From an uncultured Chloroflexia bacterium (GTDB lineage Bacteria; Chloroflexota; Limnocylindria; Limnocylindrales; CSP1-4): a DNA stretch of 64,000 nucleotides. The position numbers and the translations under genes are program-made. Below are positions 8,253 to 17,756 of this stretch, in pieces; within the stretch, counting starts at the first letter, position 1; every line of letters begins with the position of its first letter. The notes beneath the pieces are model-generated. The model worked only from the letters and a program-made list of their open reading frames with translations. It made no database searches and was not told the DNA's origin. The stretch lies in NCBI GenBank assembly GCA_963746845.1, contig CAVVCZ010000007.1, forward strand, positions 32,001 to 96,000, written 5' to 3'.

Positions 8253-9383
8253 GTGCGCGAGCACGTCGCCGCGCCGGTGAGCGCGGGCACCGAGACCGCG
8301 GTCGCGACGGATCGTCGGCCGGCCGATCCCGAGGGCCGGATCCGCGTCGGGATCGTCGGCGCCACCGGCTATGTCGGGGCGGAGCTCATCCGGCTCCTCA
8401 GCAGGCATCCGCGAGTCACGATCGTCGGGCTCCAGGGCCGGGATCGGCACGACGAGCCGATCGGCGCCACCCACGCCCATCTCGCGGGCACGGGCCTGGC
8501 CGTCGACGCGGCGCTGCCGCCGGTCGCCGCGGTGTTCCTGGCCCTCCCCCACGGCACGGCCGCCGACCTCGTGCCCGGCATCGTCGCGGCGGGCACCGCG
8601 GTGATCGACCTCGGCCCCGACTTCCGCCTCCGGTCCGCCGCCGACTACCCGACCTGGTACGGCTTCGAGCATCCGCGACCGGACCTCCTCTCGACGGCGG
8701 TGTACGGGCTGCCGGAGCTCCATCGCGCCGCGCTCGAGGCCCTCCGCCACGCGGAGACCGCGATCGTGGGGAGCCCGGGCTGCTACCCGACGGCGACGCT
8801 GCTCGCCCTCGCGCCGCTCGCGCGCGCCGGGCTCATCGGCGATCTCGTCGTGGACGCGAAGAGCGGCGTCTCGGGCGCGGGCCGCGACGCGAAGCCGGAC
8901 CTGATGTTCGGCGAGGTCAACGAGAGCGTGAAGGCGTACGGGATCGACGGCCACCGCCACGTCGCGGAGATCGAGCAGGAGCTCGGCTCCGTCGGCGCGA
9001 GCGCCGGTGCAGCGAACCCGGGCGCGGCCGGCGTCGACTTCCTCCCGCACCTGATCCCGATGACCCGCGGGATCCTGTCAGCCGCCCACGTCCGCCCGAC
9101 CCGGCCGACCAGCCAGGCGGAGCTGGACGACCTGTTCGCCGCGGCCTACGCGGGCGAGCCGTTCGTGACGGTCGTGGGCGCGGCCCCGGCCACGAAGCAT
9201 GTCCTCGGCAGCAACCACGCCCGGGTCTTCGTCCGCCATGACCCACGGACGGGCCGGGTCCTCGCCATCGGGGTGATCGACAACCTCGTGAAAGGGGCCG
9301 CGGGCCAGGCGATCCAGGCGTTCAACCTCGTCCACGGCCTGCCCGAGACGACCGGTCTCGAGCAGCTGCCCCTCGCGCCGTAG
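8253..9383 (+). CDS. argC: N-acetyl-gamma-glutamyl-phosphate reductase
   Basis: VGATGYVG, ALPHG, YGLPE, PGCYPT, SGVSGAG, DNLVKGAAGQA. Confidence 0.96.
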   Translation: MREHVAAPVSAGTETAVATDRRPADPEGRIRVGIVGATGYVGAELIRLLSRHPRVTIVGLQGRDRHDEPIGATHAHLAGTGLAVDAALPPVAAVFLALPHGTAADLVPGIVAAGTAVIDLGPDFRLRSAADYPTWYGFEHPRPDLLSTAVYGLPELHRAALEALRHAETAIVGSPGCYPTATLLALAPLARAGLIGDLVVDAKSGVSGAGRDAKPDLMFGEVNESVKAYGIDGHRHVAEIEQELGSVGASAGAANPGAAGVDFLPHLIPMTRGILSAAHVRPTRPTSQAELDDLFAAAYAGEPFVTVVGAAPATKHVLGSNHARVFVRHDPRTGRVLAIGVIDNLVKGAAGQAIQAFNLVHGLPETTGLEQLPLAP

Positions 9384-9397
9384 TGGACGAGACACGC

Positions 9398-10798
9398 ATG
9401 GCCATCCAGTCAGCCCCGGCGAACCTCTCCGCGCTCCCGACCGAGCTCCCGCCGGTCGAACAGAGCGCGACCATCCCGGCCGGCTTCGTCGCCGGAGGTG
9501 GCGTCGCCGGGATCAAGGCCTCCGGCCGTCCGGACCTGGCCATCATCGCGACCCAGCCGGGCCCCGACGGCGACCGGGCTCCGGCGGCCGTGGCCGCCGT
9601 CTTCACCCCGAACGCGTTCGCGGCCGCGCCCGTGCGCCTGTCGCAGGCCCATCTCGCGGCCACGGATCCGTCGGGCGGGGGACGGTTCGGCTGGGCGACC
9701 GGTGTGATCTCGACGAGCGGCAGCGCGAACGCAGCGACCGGACCGGCGGGCGACCTCGACCAGGCGGCGGTCGCCGGGTTCCTCGCCCATGCCCTCGGGA
9801 CGAACGAGCGGCTGACCCTCCATCTCTCGACCGGGATCATCGGGACGCGCCTGCCGATCGACATCGTCGAGACCGGGATCGACGCGGTGGCGGCCGGTTT
9901 GGCCCCTACGGACGCCGGACTCGCGGCGGCCGCCGAGGCGCTCCGCACGACCGACACCCGCGCCAAGGCCGCGACGGTGACGATCACGTTGCCGGATCCT
10001 GACGGTCTCGCGGTCCGCGCGATCCGGGTCACGGGCATCGCGAAGGGCGTCGGGATGATCCACCCGCGGATGGCGACGATGCTGTCGGTGATCCTCACAG
10101 ACGCGGCGGCGGATCCGGCGACGCTCCACGGGCTCCTCCGCCCGGCGGCGGCGCGGACGTGGGACCAGCTGAGCGTCGACGGCGACACGTCGACGAACGA
10201 CACGGTGTTCGTGCTGGCATCGGGCGCGGCGGGAGCCGCCACGGTCCAGGCGGGGACCAACGAGGCCTCCTCGTTGGGACGAGCGATCGAGGCGGTGGCG
10301 CGGGACCTCGCCCGCCAGCAGGCCGCCGACGGCGAGGGGGCCTCGACGCTGATCACGTGCCAGGTGTCCGGCGCGACCGACAACGCCGATGCACGGGCCG
10401 TCGCCCGCGCAGTGATCTCGTCGTCGCTCGTCAAGGCGGCCGTCCACGGCCGTGACCCGAACTGGGGTCGGGTCGCGGGTGCGGTGGGCAACGCCGCCCT
10501 CGCCGACGAGGCCGTGCTCCTCGCCGCGGGGCTGGCGCCGGCGGCCGCGCGGGCGCGAGCGGGGACCGCGGCGACGATCGATCCCGCGCGGCTCCGAATC
10601 GCGATCGCGGGCCATCTCGTCTTCGATGGGCCGTCCGGCGGGCCGATCGTCTTCGACCGGGAGGCGGCACGGGCGGCGATGGCCGCCCCGGAGCTGCTGA
10701 TCCGGCTGGACCTGGGGCTCGGCACAGGGACCGGCGAGGCGTTCGGGTGCGATCTCACGGAGGAGTACGTCGTCGAGAACTCGGAGTACACGACGTGA
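9398..10798 (+). CDS. argJ: Bifunctional ornithine acetyltransferase/N-acetylglutamate synthase
   Basis: STGIIG, TTDT, KGVGMIHPRMATML, DGDTSTND, DGEGA, DPNWGR, C-terminal NSEYTT. Confidence 0.96.
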   Translation: MAIQSAPANLSALPTELPPVEQSATIPAGFVAGGGVAGIKASGRPDLAIIATQPGPDGDRAPAAVAAVFTPNAFAAAPVRLSQAHLAATDPSGGGRFGWATGVISTSGSANAATGPAGDLDQAAVAGFLAHALGTNERLTLHLSTGIIGTRLPIDIVETGIDAVAAGLAPTDAGLAAAAEALRTTDTRAKAATVTITLPDPDGLAVRAIRVTGIAKGVGMIHPRMATMLSVILTDAAADPATLHGLLRPAAARTWDQLSVDGDTSTNDTVFVLASGAAGAATVQAGTNEASSLGRAIEAVARDLARQQAADGEGASTLITCQVSGATDNADARAVARAVISSSLVKAAVHGRDPNWGRVAGAVGNAALADEAVLLAAGLAPAAARARAGTAATIDPARLRIAIAGHLVFDGPSGGPIVFDREAARAAMAAPELLIRLDLGLGTGTGEAFGCDLTEEYVVENSEYTT

Positions 10799-10799
10799 G

Positions 10800-10866
10800 C
10801 GAAAAACCTCGGACCGATGGCGTCGCGGAGCTTCGCCTCGGACCTCGGTGGGTTCGGGCCGAGCAG
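10800..10866. repeat. Possible small interspersed repeat in the argJ-argB spacer
   Basis: CCTCGGACC twice (10807, 10836) in an 82-bp gap of an otherwise tightly coupled operon. Confidence 0.35.
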
Positions 10867-10880
10867 ACGGGGAGCCGGAG

Positions 10881-11666
10881 TTGAGCGAGATCCTGATCGT
10901 CAAATTGGGTGGCACGACGATCGCCGAGCAGGCCCAGGTCCTCGACGAGGTGGCCGCGGTTGCGCGTCGTCGGCCCGTGGTCCTCGTCCACGGCGGCGGC
11001 AAGAGGATCACCGAATGGCTGGACCGGATGGGCGTCCCGTCGACGTTCGAGAACGGCCTCCGGGTCACGGACCAGGCCGCCCTCGAAGTGGCGGCGGCGG
11101 TCCTCCGCGGCGTCGTCAACAGCGAGCTCGTCGCCGGTCTGCGCGACCGCGGCGTCGACGCCGTCGGGCTGTCGGGCGTCGACGGCGGCCTGCTCGTCAG
11201 CGAGCGCGTGCCCGGGGTCGGGCTCGTCGCCCATGTCGTGGGCCTGCGCCGCGACCTGCTGGACGCCATCCTCGTCGGCGGCCAGGTTCCGGTCGTCGCG
11301 CCGCTTGCCCGGGACGAGGCGGGCGTCGTCTGCAATGTCAACGCGGACGACGCCGCCGCCGGGATCGCGGCGGGCCTCGGTGCACGCCAGCTCGTCCTCC
11401 TGACCGACGTCGACGGTGTGCGCGACGCGGCCGGCAACCGGCTCGACACGCTCACGAGCGGCGAGGCCGAGACGCTGATCGACAGCGGGGTGATCGCGGG
11501 CGGGATGGTCCCGAAGGTCCGGGCCGCCCTCGCCGCGCTGGCCTGGGAAGGCTCCGAGGCGATCATCGCCGACTCGAGCGCGGACGGCGCCCTGGAGCGG
11601 GCCCTCGTCGACCCCACGTTCGGGACCCGGATCACCGCGGCCCGCTCGGCCGTCGGGGCGGCCTGA
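10881..11666 (+). CDS. argB: Acetylglutamate kinase
   Basis: VKLGG, VHGGG, GLRVTD, NVNADD, LTDVDGV, GGMVPK. Confidence 0.96.
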   Translation: MSEILIVKLGGTTIAEQAQVLDEVAAVARRRPVVLVHGGGKRITEWLDRMGVPSTFENGLRVTDQAALEVAAAVLRGVVNSELVAGLRDRGVDAVGLSGVDGGLLVSERVPGVGLVAHVVGLRRDLLDAILVGGQVPVVAPLARDEAGVVCNVNADDAAAGIAAGLGARQLVLLTDVDGVRDAAGNRLDTLTSGEAETLIDSGVIAGGMVPKVRAALAALAWEGSEAIIADSSADGALERALVDPTFGTRITAARSAVGAA

Positions 11667-11667
11667 C

Positions 11668-12279
11668 ATGCAGGGCCGGCACGCCTCGATGGCCGCGGCC
11701 GCGGCGAACGGCTCCGCCGGCGTCACGATGCCGTCGGCCCCGGGCGCGCGGACGGACGCCAGCGTCGGATCCAAGCGCGACCGCCAGCGCCTGATCCGCG
11801 ACCTCGTCGCCGACGGGTCGATCGGCAGCCAGGGGGAGCTGGTCGACCGCTTGAACGCGCGCGGGTTCGCCGTGACGCAGGCGACGGTCAGCCGGGACAT
11901 CGCCGAGCTCGGTCTCGTCAAGGTCCCGAGCGCCGCGGGCCACGTCTACGTCGCCCCGGAGAGCCTGGCCGGGGCCGGCGCGAGCGGGAGCAGCTCCGGC
12001 GCGGCGGCCCGACCAACCGACGAGCGTCTCCGCCGAATCCTTGCCGACATCCCCGTCACGATCGGGCGAAGCGGCCTCATCCTGCTCGTCACCGGCTCCC
12101 CTGGGACCGCCAGCGTCATCGCCCAGGCGATCGACGAGTCGTCCCTGACCGAGCAGGAGGGGACGCTCGCGGGGGACAACACGCTCCTCGTCCTGTTCGC
12201 CGACGAGCCGCGCCTCCTTGCCTGGCGCGATCGCTTCGATGCCATCCGTTCCGCCGCCGTGGAGGCCCGCATCCCATGA
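11668..12279 (+). CDS. argR: Arginine repressor
   Basis: SQGELV, TQATVSRDIAELGLVKV, GTLAGDNT; start may lie further downstream. Confidence 0.92.
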   Translation: MQGRHASMAAAAANGSAGVTMPSAPGARTDASVGSKRDRQRLIRDLVADGSIGSQGELVDRLNARGFAVTQATVSRDIAELGLVKVPSAAGHVYVAPESLAGAGASGSSSGAAARPTDERLRRILADIPVTIGRSGLILLVTGSPGTASVIAQAIDESSLTEQEGTLAGDNTLLVLFADEPRLLAWRDRFDAIRSAAVEARIP

Positions 12280-13565
12280 AGAAGGTCGTCCTCGCCTACT
12301 CGGGCGGGCTCGATACGTCCGTCGCCGTCGCGTGGCTGCGTTCGAAGTACCGGTGCGACGTCGTGACCCTCACCGTCGACGTCGGCGGTGGGTCGCTCCG
12401 CGAGGGCGTCGAGCGTCGCGCGATCAGCGCGGGCGCGACGCGGGCGTATGTCGTGGATGCCCGCGACCGGTTCGTCCGTGACTTCGTCTGGCCGCACCTC
12501 CAGGCGAACGCCCTGTACCAGGGCGCCTACCCGCTCGCGACGGCCCTCGCCCGGCCGCTGATCGCCCAGCTCCTGGTCGAGGTCGCCCGCAAGGAGGGCG
12601 CCGACGCGGTCGCCCACGGTTGCACCGGTAAGGGCAACGACCAGGTCCGGTTCGACGTCGCCGTCCATGCCCTGGACCCGGGGCTCGAGGTCGTCGCGCC
12701 GATGCGCGTCGGGATGGGCCTCACCCGTGACCAGGAGATCGACTACGCCGAGGAGCGCGGGATCGAGATCCCGATCACGAAGGCGTCGCCGTACTCGATC
12801 GACGTGAACCTGTGGGGCCGCTCGTGCGAGACGGGCATCCTCGAGGACCCGTGGGTCACCCCGCCGCCGGACGCCTACGAGTGGACCGTCGCCGCCTCGG
12901 ACGCGCCGGACCCGGTCGAGGTCGTCATCGAGTTCGAGGGCGGGATCCCGGTCGCCATCGACGGCCAGCGGCTGGCGCCGCTCGAGCTGGTCGAGCGGTT
13001 GCACGAGCTGGGCGGTGCGCACGGCATCGGCCGGATCGACCATGTCGAGGACCGCCTGGTCGGGATCAAGAGCCGCGAGGTCTACGAGACACCCGCGGCG
13101 ACGATCCTCCACGAGGCCCACCGGGCACTCGAGGGCCTGACCCTCACGAAGGACACGCTCCGGTTCAACCGGCTCGTCGCGAACGAGCTGGCGCAGCTGA
13201 CCTACGACGGGCTGTGGTTCTCCGCCCTCCACCGCGACCTGCGCGGCTACGTGGCGTCGTCCCAGCGCGTCGTCAGCGGCGAGGTCCGGGTCCGCCTGGA
13301 CCACGGGTCCGCGGTCGTGTCCGGCCGGCGCTCGCCGCTCTCGCTGTACGACAAGAACCTCGCGACCTACGACAAGGGCGACGCGTTCGACCACGCGGCC
13401 GCCGTCGGGTTCATCGGGATCTTCGGGTTGCCACTCCGCGTGGAGGCGGCACGGCACGGTGCCGTCGGCGCGCGCTACGGCGCGGCCTGGACATGGACGG
13501 ACCCGCTCCTCGAGGGGCTGCCGACCACCGTGACGGATCCTTCGGAGGCGGTCCCGGCGGGCTGA
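12276..13565 (+). CDS. argG: Argininosuccinate synthase
   Basis: LAYSGGLDTS, HGCTGKGNDQVRF, YSIDVNLWGRS, GIKSREVYE. Confidence 0.97.
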   Translation: MKKVVLAYSGGLDTSVAVAWLRSKYRCDVVTLTVDVGGGSLREGVERRAISAGATRAYVVDARDRFVRDFVWPHLQANALYQGAYPLATALARPLIAQLLVEVARKEGADAVAHGCTGKGNDQVRFDVAVHALDPGLEVVAPMRVGMGLTRDQEIDYAEERGIEIPITKASPYSIDVNLWGRSCETGILEDPWVTPPPDAYEWTVAASDAPDPVEVVIEFEGGIPVAIDGQRLAPLELVERLHELGGAHGIGRIDHVEDRLVGIKSREVYETPAATILHEAHRALEGLTLTKDTLRFNRLVANELAQLTYDGLWFSALHRDLRGYVASSQRVVSGEVRVRLDHGSAVVSGRRSPLSLYDKNLATYDKGDAFDHAAAVGFIGIFGLPLRVEAARHGAVGARYGAAWTWTDPLLEGLPTTVTDPSEAVPAG

Positions 13566-13633
13566 TCCGGGGTCCCGCGGCGGCGTCACGGGATCGACAC
13601 GACGCCTCGGCCGGTTGAGGCGTACCGTCCGCC

Positions 13634-14455
13634 GTGATGAGCGATGACGTCCCGCCCGTCGATCCGGATGCCACCTCGGAGATGTGGCGGCAGGTCCTGA
13701 CCGGCGAGGACCCGCACCTGCCGCAGCTCCGCCGGCTGTGGCGGCGGATCCCGTCGTCGCCACGCTGCAAGCTCTGTGCGGCGCCGTTCGCCGGGCTCGG
13801 TGGCATGGCGACGAAGCTCGTCATGCACGGGCCGTCGAACGTCAACCCGCTGCTGTGCAACCTGTGCTTCGGCCAGATCCGCAAGATGCCCGGTGGCGCG
13901 GAGATCGAGATCGGCGTGCTGTTCGCCGACATCCGGGGCTCGACGGGGATCGCCGAACGGAACACGGCTTCCGAGTTCAGTCGGCTGGTCCAGCGCTTCT
14001 ATCGGCGCGCCGCCAAGGCGATCGACGAGCACAACGGGATCATCGACAAGTTCCTCGGCGACGGGATCATGGTCCTGTTCATCCCCGTCGTCGCCGGCGA
14101 CGAGCGAGCGCGGCAGGCGATCGCGGCCGGCGAGGCGCTGCTCGAGGCCGTCGCCGAGCCGGATCTCGTGGCGGGCGGCGTGCGGGTCGGCGCCGGGGTC
14201 CACCTGGGTCCGGCCTATGTCGGGGCGCTGGGCTCGGACGAGCGACTCGACTTCACCGCGCTCGGCGACACGGTCAACGTGGCGGCGCGTCTGGGTGCGG
14301 CGGCGGGCGCCGGCGAGCTGCTCGTGAGCGACGCGGCGTGGCGGGCGGCCGGGCGGGCGGACTCGGCGGAACGGCGCGAGCTGACGCTGACGGGCCGGAC
14401 GGAGCCGCTCGAGGTGGTCGTCCTGGGCTCGACGTCGCAGGTTGCCGTTGCCTGA
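13634..14455 (+). CDS. Class III adenylate/guanylate cyclase with N-terminal CxxC..CxxC domain
   Basis: LFADIRGST, DKFLGDG, DFTALGDTVNVAARL; CKLC and CNLC. Confidence 0.9.
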   Translation: MMSDDVPPVDPDATSEMWRQVLTGEDPHLPQLRRLWRRIPSSPRCKLCAAPFAGLGGMATKLVMHGPSNVNPLLCNLCFGQIRKMPGGAEIEIGVLFADIRGSTGIAERNTASEFSRLVQRFYRRAAKAIDEHNGIIDKFLGDGIMVLFIPVVAGDERARQAIAAGEALLEAVAEPDLVAGGVRVGAGVHLGPAYVGALGSDERLDFTALGDTVNVAARLGAAAGAGELLVSDAAWRAAGRADSAERRELTLTGRTEPLEVVVLGSTSQVAVA

Positions 14456-14466
14456 AAGCGCGCAAC

Positions 14467-14648
14467 TCCCGCCGGATGTGCGTCCGATGCACATGTGCCG
14501 GCGCCGCCTCCATCCGAACCGTGTCGGACGTGCATGGGGTGCTCGTCTGGCATACGTCGCAGTGGCAGATGATCGGGACGTGCACATCTGACAGGAGACG
14601 CTCGCCGGCGCCGGACACCGGGTGCGCCGGGTGCACATCCGGCAGGAA
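14467..14648. repeat. Four-unit palindromic repeat element 2
   Basis: G(C/T)C(A/G)GA(T/C)GTGC-N7-GCAC-like units start at 14471 and 14523 (+) and at 14592 and 14643 (-); 51-52-bp period. Confidence 0.75.
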
Positions 14649-14699
14649 CGGGCTGGCGCGGGCGCGGCGGCGCGGCGCCCGCGGGACGCGGCAGGACCG

Positions 14700-15713
14700 T
14701 CAGGCCGGGCTCGGCGCCCCGACGGGGAGTCCGTGCTGGGTCGCGACGAGCCGTCCCTCGCGCTGGAGCCCGCGCAGGATCTCGACCGTCGCGGCGATCC
14801 CGTCGCGGAACGGCGTCACCGGCACCGGCCCGAGCGCCGCGACCGCGTCGTGGGCGATCTCCGACGGGAAGGGCAGGACCGCCTCGGCCCGGCTGATCGT
14901 GCCGGCGGACTCCGGCACGATCTCCTCGATGGCGGCGATCCACGACCCGATGTCGACCGAGCTCCCGCCGAGGTTGAACACGTGCGCGCCGTCCAGCCGG
15001 CTCCGGCTCGCCGCGAGCAGCGTGGCCGCCACGTCCTCGGCGTACTGGAACAGCGTCGTCCCGGTGAAGCTGATCCGGTACGGCCGGCCGAGCACCGCAG
15101 CGGCGATCGCGGTCGTCGGCGTGCTCGTCAGCCCCTGGTCGCGCCCGACCCCATACACGGTCATCGGCCGGAGCCCGATCGATGCGATCCCATCGTCGAG
15201 AGCGTAGACCCGCGCCGTCCCCTCGTTCGCCCGCTTGTACACGCCGTAGTGGGTGGTCGGGTGGCCGTCCGCGGTCTCCTCGAGCCGGTGCGTGGTCGGA
15301 TCCTCGTCGGCCGCCTCGAACATCCCGATCGAGCTGGTGTAGACGACCGGCGCCGACCGGAGGCCCAGGCGCTTGACCGCCTCGAACAGGTGGACCGTGC
15401 CGACGACGTTGACCAACGCCCCGAGCGGTGGGTCGGCCCGGCAGAACGGGACCTGGAGCGCGGCGAGGTGGATGACGTTCGTGATCCGCCGCTCGTCGAG
15501 CGTCCGCTCGAGGGCCGACAGGTCGGTGATGTCGCCGACGACGAACTCGACCGACGCGAGCTCGTCCGCGGTCATGACCTGAGCGAGTCGGCGCTGGTCG
15601 CGCCCGAGGTCGAAGGCGACGACCGGTGTCCCCTCGCGGGCGAGCGCCCGGACCGTCCACGCGCCGATGCAGCCGAGGGCGCCGGTGACGAGGAACCGCT
15701 CGCTCGAGGTCAT
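14700..15713 (-). CDS. Extended SDR (NAD-dependent epimerase/dehydratase family), copy 1
   Basis: LVTGALGCIG, IHLAA, YTSS, YGVYK. Confidence 0.9.
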   Translation of the reverse strand: MTSSERFLVTGALGCIGAWTVRALAREGTPVVAFDLGRDQRRLAQVMTADELASVEFVVGDITDLSALERTLDERRITNVIHLAALQVPFCRADPPLGALVNVVGTVHLFEAVKRLGLRSAPVVYTSSIGMFEAADEDPTTHRLEETADGHPTTHYGVYKRANEGTARVYALDDGIASIGLRPMTVYGVGRDQGLTSTPTTAIAAAVLGRPYRISFTGTTLFQYAEDVAATLLAASRSRLDGAHVFNLGGSSVDIGSWIAAIEEIVPESAGTISRAEAVLPFPSEIAHDAVAALGPVPVTPFRDGIAATVEILRGLQREGRLVATQHGLPVGAPSPA

Positions 15714-16621
15714 GACGGCGCACCGCTCACGGCTGCGGGAGCGGCGGGGACGTCGGAGACCGCGCGACAGCGGTTCGTCAGCCGCCCGATCCCCTCGATC
15801 TCGACGACGACCGTCGAGCCGTCCCCAAGGAACCGCGGCGGGTCGCGGAACACGCCGACACCGCCCGGCGTTCCCGTGGCGATGACATCACCCGGCTCGA
15901 GGCTGAACGAGCGCGAGCAGTGGCTGATGATCTCGGCGACCCCGAAGAACATCATCGCCGTGGTCGAGGACTGGACGACCTCGCCATCGACGATGCACGA
16001 GATCGCGAGCCGGCCCGGGTCGCCGATCTCGTCGGCGGTCACGATCGCGGGCCCGATCGGGCAGAACGTGTCGAGCGACTTGCCGCGGACCCACTGGCCG
16101 TCCGGGAACTGGATGTCGCGGGCCGAGACGTCGTTCAGGCAGGTGTAGCCGAGGACGTGGTCCAGCGCTTCGTCGACGGACACGTTCCGGGCGGTCGTCC
16201 CGATGACGACGCCGAGCTCGGCCTCCCAGTCGACCTGCTGGGTCAGGGCCGGATCCCAGCGGATCTCGGCCCCGTCGCCGATCACCGCGCTCGGGAACTT
16301 CGCGAAGACGAGCGGAGCCGGCGGTGGGTCGGCCTGCTCCTCCGCGACGTGCTCGCGGTAGTTCCGGCCGATCGCCACGACCTTCCCCGGTCGGGGGACG
16401 GGGGCCAGCAGCTCGAGCCCGTCGACGGACCGTCCTTCGCGCTCGATCCGGCCGGACGCCGCGGCCGATCGAAGCGCGTCGAGCACGAGGTCGCCCCCCG
16501 CCAGGAGCGCGCCGATCGTCGCAGGGCCATCGGGGATCAGCTCCGCGGCCGGGAGCCAGCGCCCACCGGCGACGACGCCGAGCGTCTCTCCGGACCCGGT
16601 GCGACAGCTGATCAGGCGCAC
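15710..16621 (-). CDS. Fumarylacetoacetate hydrolase family; probable 2,4-diketo-3-deoxy-L-fuconate hydrolase
   Basis: IGRNYREH, DWEAELGVVIG, NDVSARD, GKSLDTFCPIGP, GDVIATGTPGGVG; fucose locus context. Confidence 0.88.
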   Translation of the reverse strand: MRLISCRTGSGETLGVVAGGRWLPAAELIPDGPATIGALLAGGDLVLDALRSAAASGRIEREGRSVDGLELLAPVPRPGKVVAIGRNYREHVAEEQADPPPAPLVFAKFPSAVIGDGAEIRWDPALTQQVDWEAELGVVIGTTARNVSVDEALDHVLGYTCLNDVSARDIQFPDGQWVRGKSLDTFCPIGPAIVTADEIGDPGRLAISCIVDGEVVQSSTTAMMFFGVAEIISHCSRSFSLEPGDVIATGTPGGVGVFRDPPRFLGDGSTVVVEIEGIGRLTNRCRAVSDVPAAPAAVSGAPS

Positions 16622-16634
16622 GGACACTCCGAGT

Positions 16635-16697
16635 GTTCAGCATGTTGGTCGATGGACGGTGGACTGGACGATACGATACGCTTGGTGGCGGCGTCAA
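16635..16697 (-). promoter_or_regulatory. Promoter PA (TTGACG-18-TATCGT) with operator GTTCAGCATGTTGGTC (16635-16650)
   Basis: Sigma70-like elements; operator recurs 5 times in the locus. Confidence 0.75.
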
Positions 16698-16726
16698 CCG
16701 GCCGCCCGCACAGGATGGAGGACGCG

Positions 16727-17756
16727 GTGCCGATCGATCCGACGGAGCGCCGGCCGCTCGGGCGCACCGGGCTGTCGGTCACCCGGCTGGGGTTCGGCGG
16801 GGCCCCGATCGGCGGGCTCTATCGCGAGGTCGCGGACGCGGACGCCGTCGCAACCGTCCGCCACGCGTGGGACCTCGGGATCCGCCTCTTCGACGTCGCG
16901 CCGCTGTACGGCTACGGCGCGTCGGAACGGCGGATCGGCATCGGTCTGGCCGGGCGGCCGCGGGACGACTTCGTCCTCTCGACCAAGGTCGGACGGCTCA
17001 TCGTCGATGCGGAGGCGATCCCGGCGGGGGCCGAGATCGACCGTCAGGTGGTCGACGGTCGAGAGGACGGTGCCTACGCCGGCACGGGCGGCCGCAAGGT
17101 CCTGTTCGACTACAGCGCCGACGGCGATCCGCCGGTCGATCGAGGCGAGCCTCGCGCGGCTCGGGGTGGACCGCATCGACATCGCCCTGATCCACGATCC
17201 GGACGACCACTGGGAGGCCGCGATCGGGGAGGCGTGGCCGGCGCTCGCCCGGCTCCGCGAGCAGGGCGTGATCCGCGCCGTCGGGGCCGGGATGAACCAG
17301 TCGGCGATGCTCGCCCGGTTCGCCCGCGAGGGCGACTTCGACGTCTTCCTGCTCGCCGGGCGGTACACGCTCCTGGACCACGAGGCGCTCGGCGAGCTCC
17401 TGCCGTTGTGCGTCGAGAAGGGCATCGGGGTGATGATCGGGGGCGTGATGAACTCCGGGATCCTCGCGGATCCGCGGCCCGGCGGTCGGTTCAACTACGG
17501 CATCGCTCCGGCGGCGGTGGTCGAACGAGCGCAGCGCCTTGCCGCCGTGTGCGCCAGGCACGGCGTGTCATTGAAGGCGGCCGCCGTCCAGTTCCCACTC
17601 GCCCATCCCGCAGTCGCGGCGGTGGTCGCGGGCGTTCGGTCCGTGGACCATCTCGACGAGTACCCGCGCCTGCTCGCCGAGCCGATCCCGGCCGATCTGT
17701 GGGCGGAGCTCCGCCAGGACGGTCTCATCCCGGCCGCCGCGCCGACGCCCGCATGA
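16727..17756 (+). CDS. Aldo/keto reductase, probable L-fucose (D-threo-aldose) 1-dehydrogenase; +1 frameshift near 17126
   Basis: LGFGGAPIGGLY, DVAPLYGYG, LSTKVG, FDYSADG then IRRSIEASLARLG..IHDPD, LAGRYTLL in the next frame. Confidence 0.85.

Noticed and set aside
14700-15713. galE for the gal cluster
   Set aside because: Lacks GalE-type GGAGYIGSH and RYFN motifs; embedded in the fucose regulon
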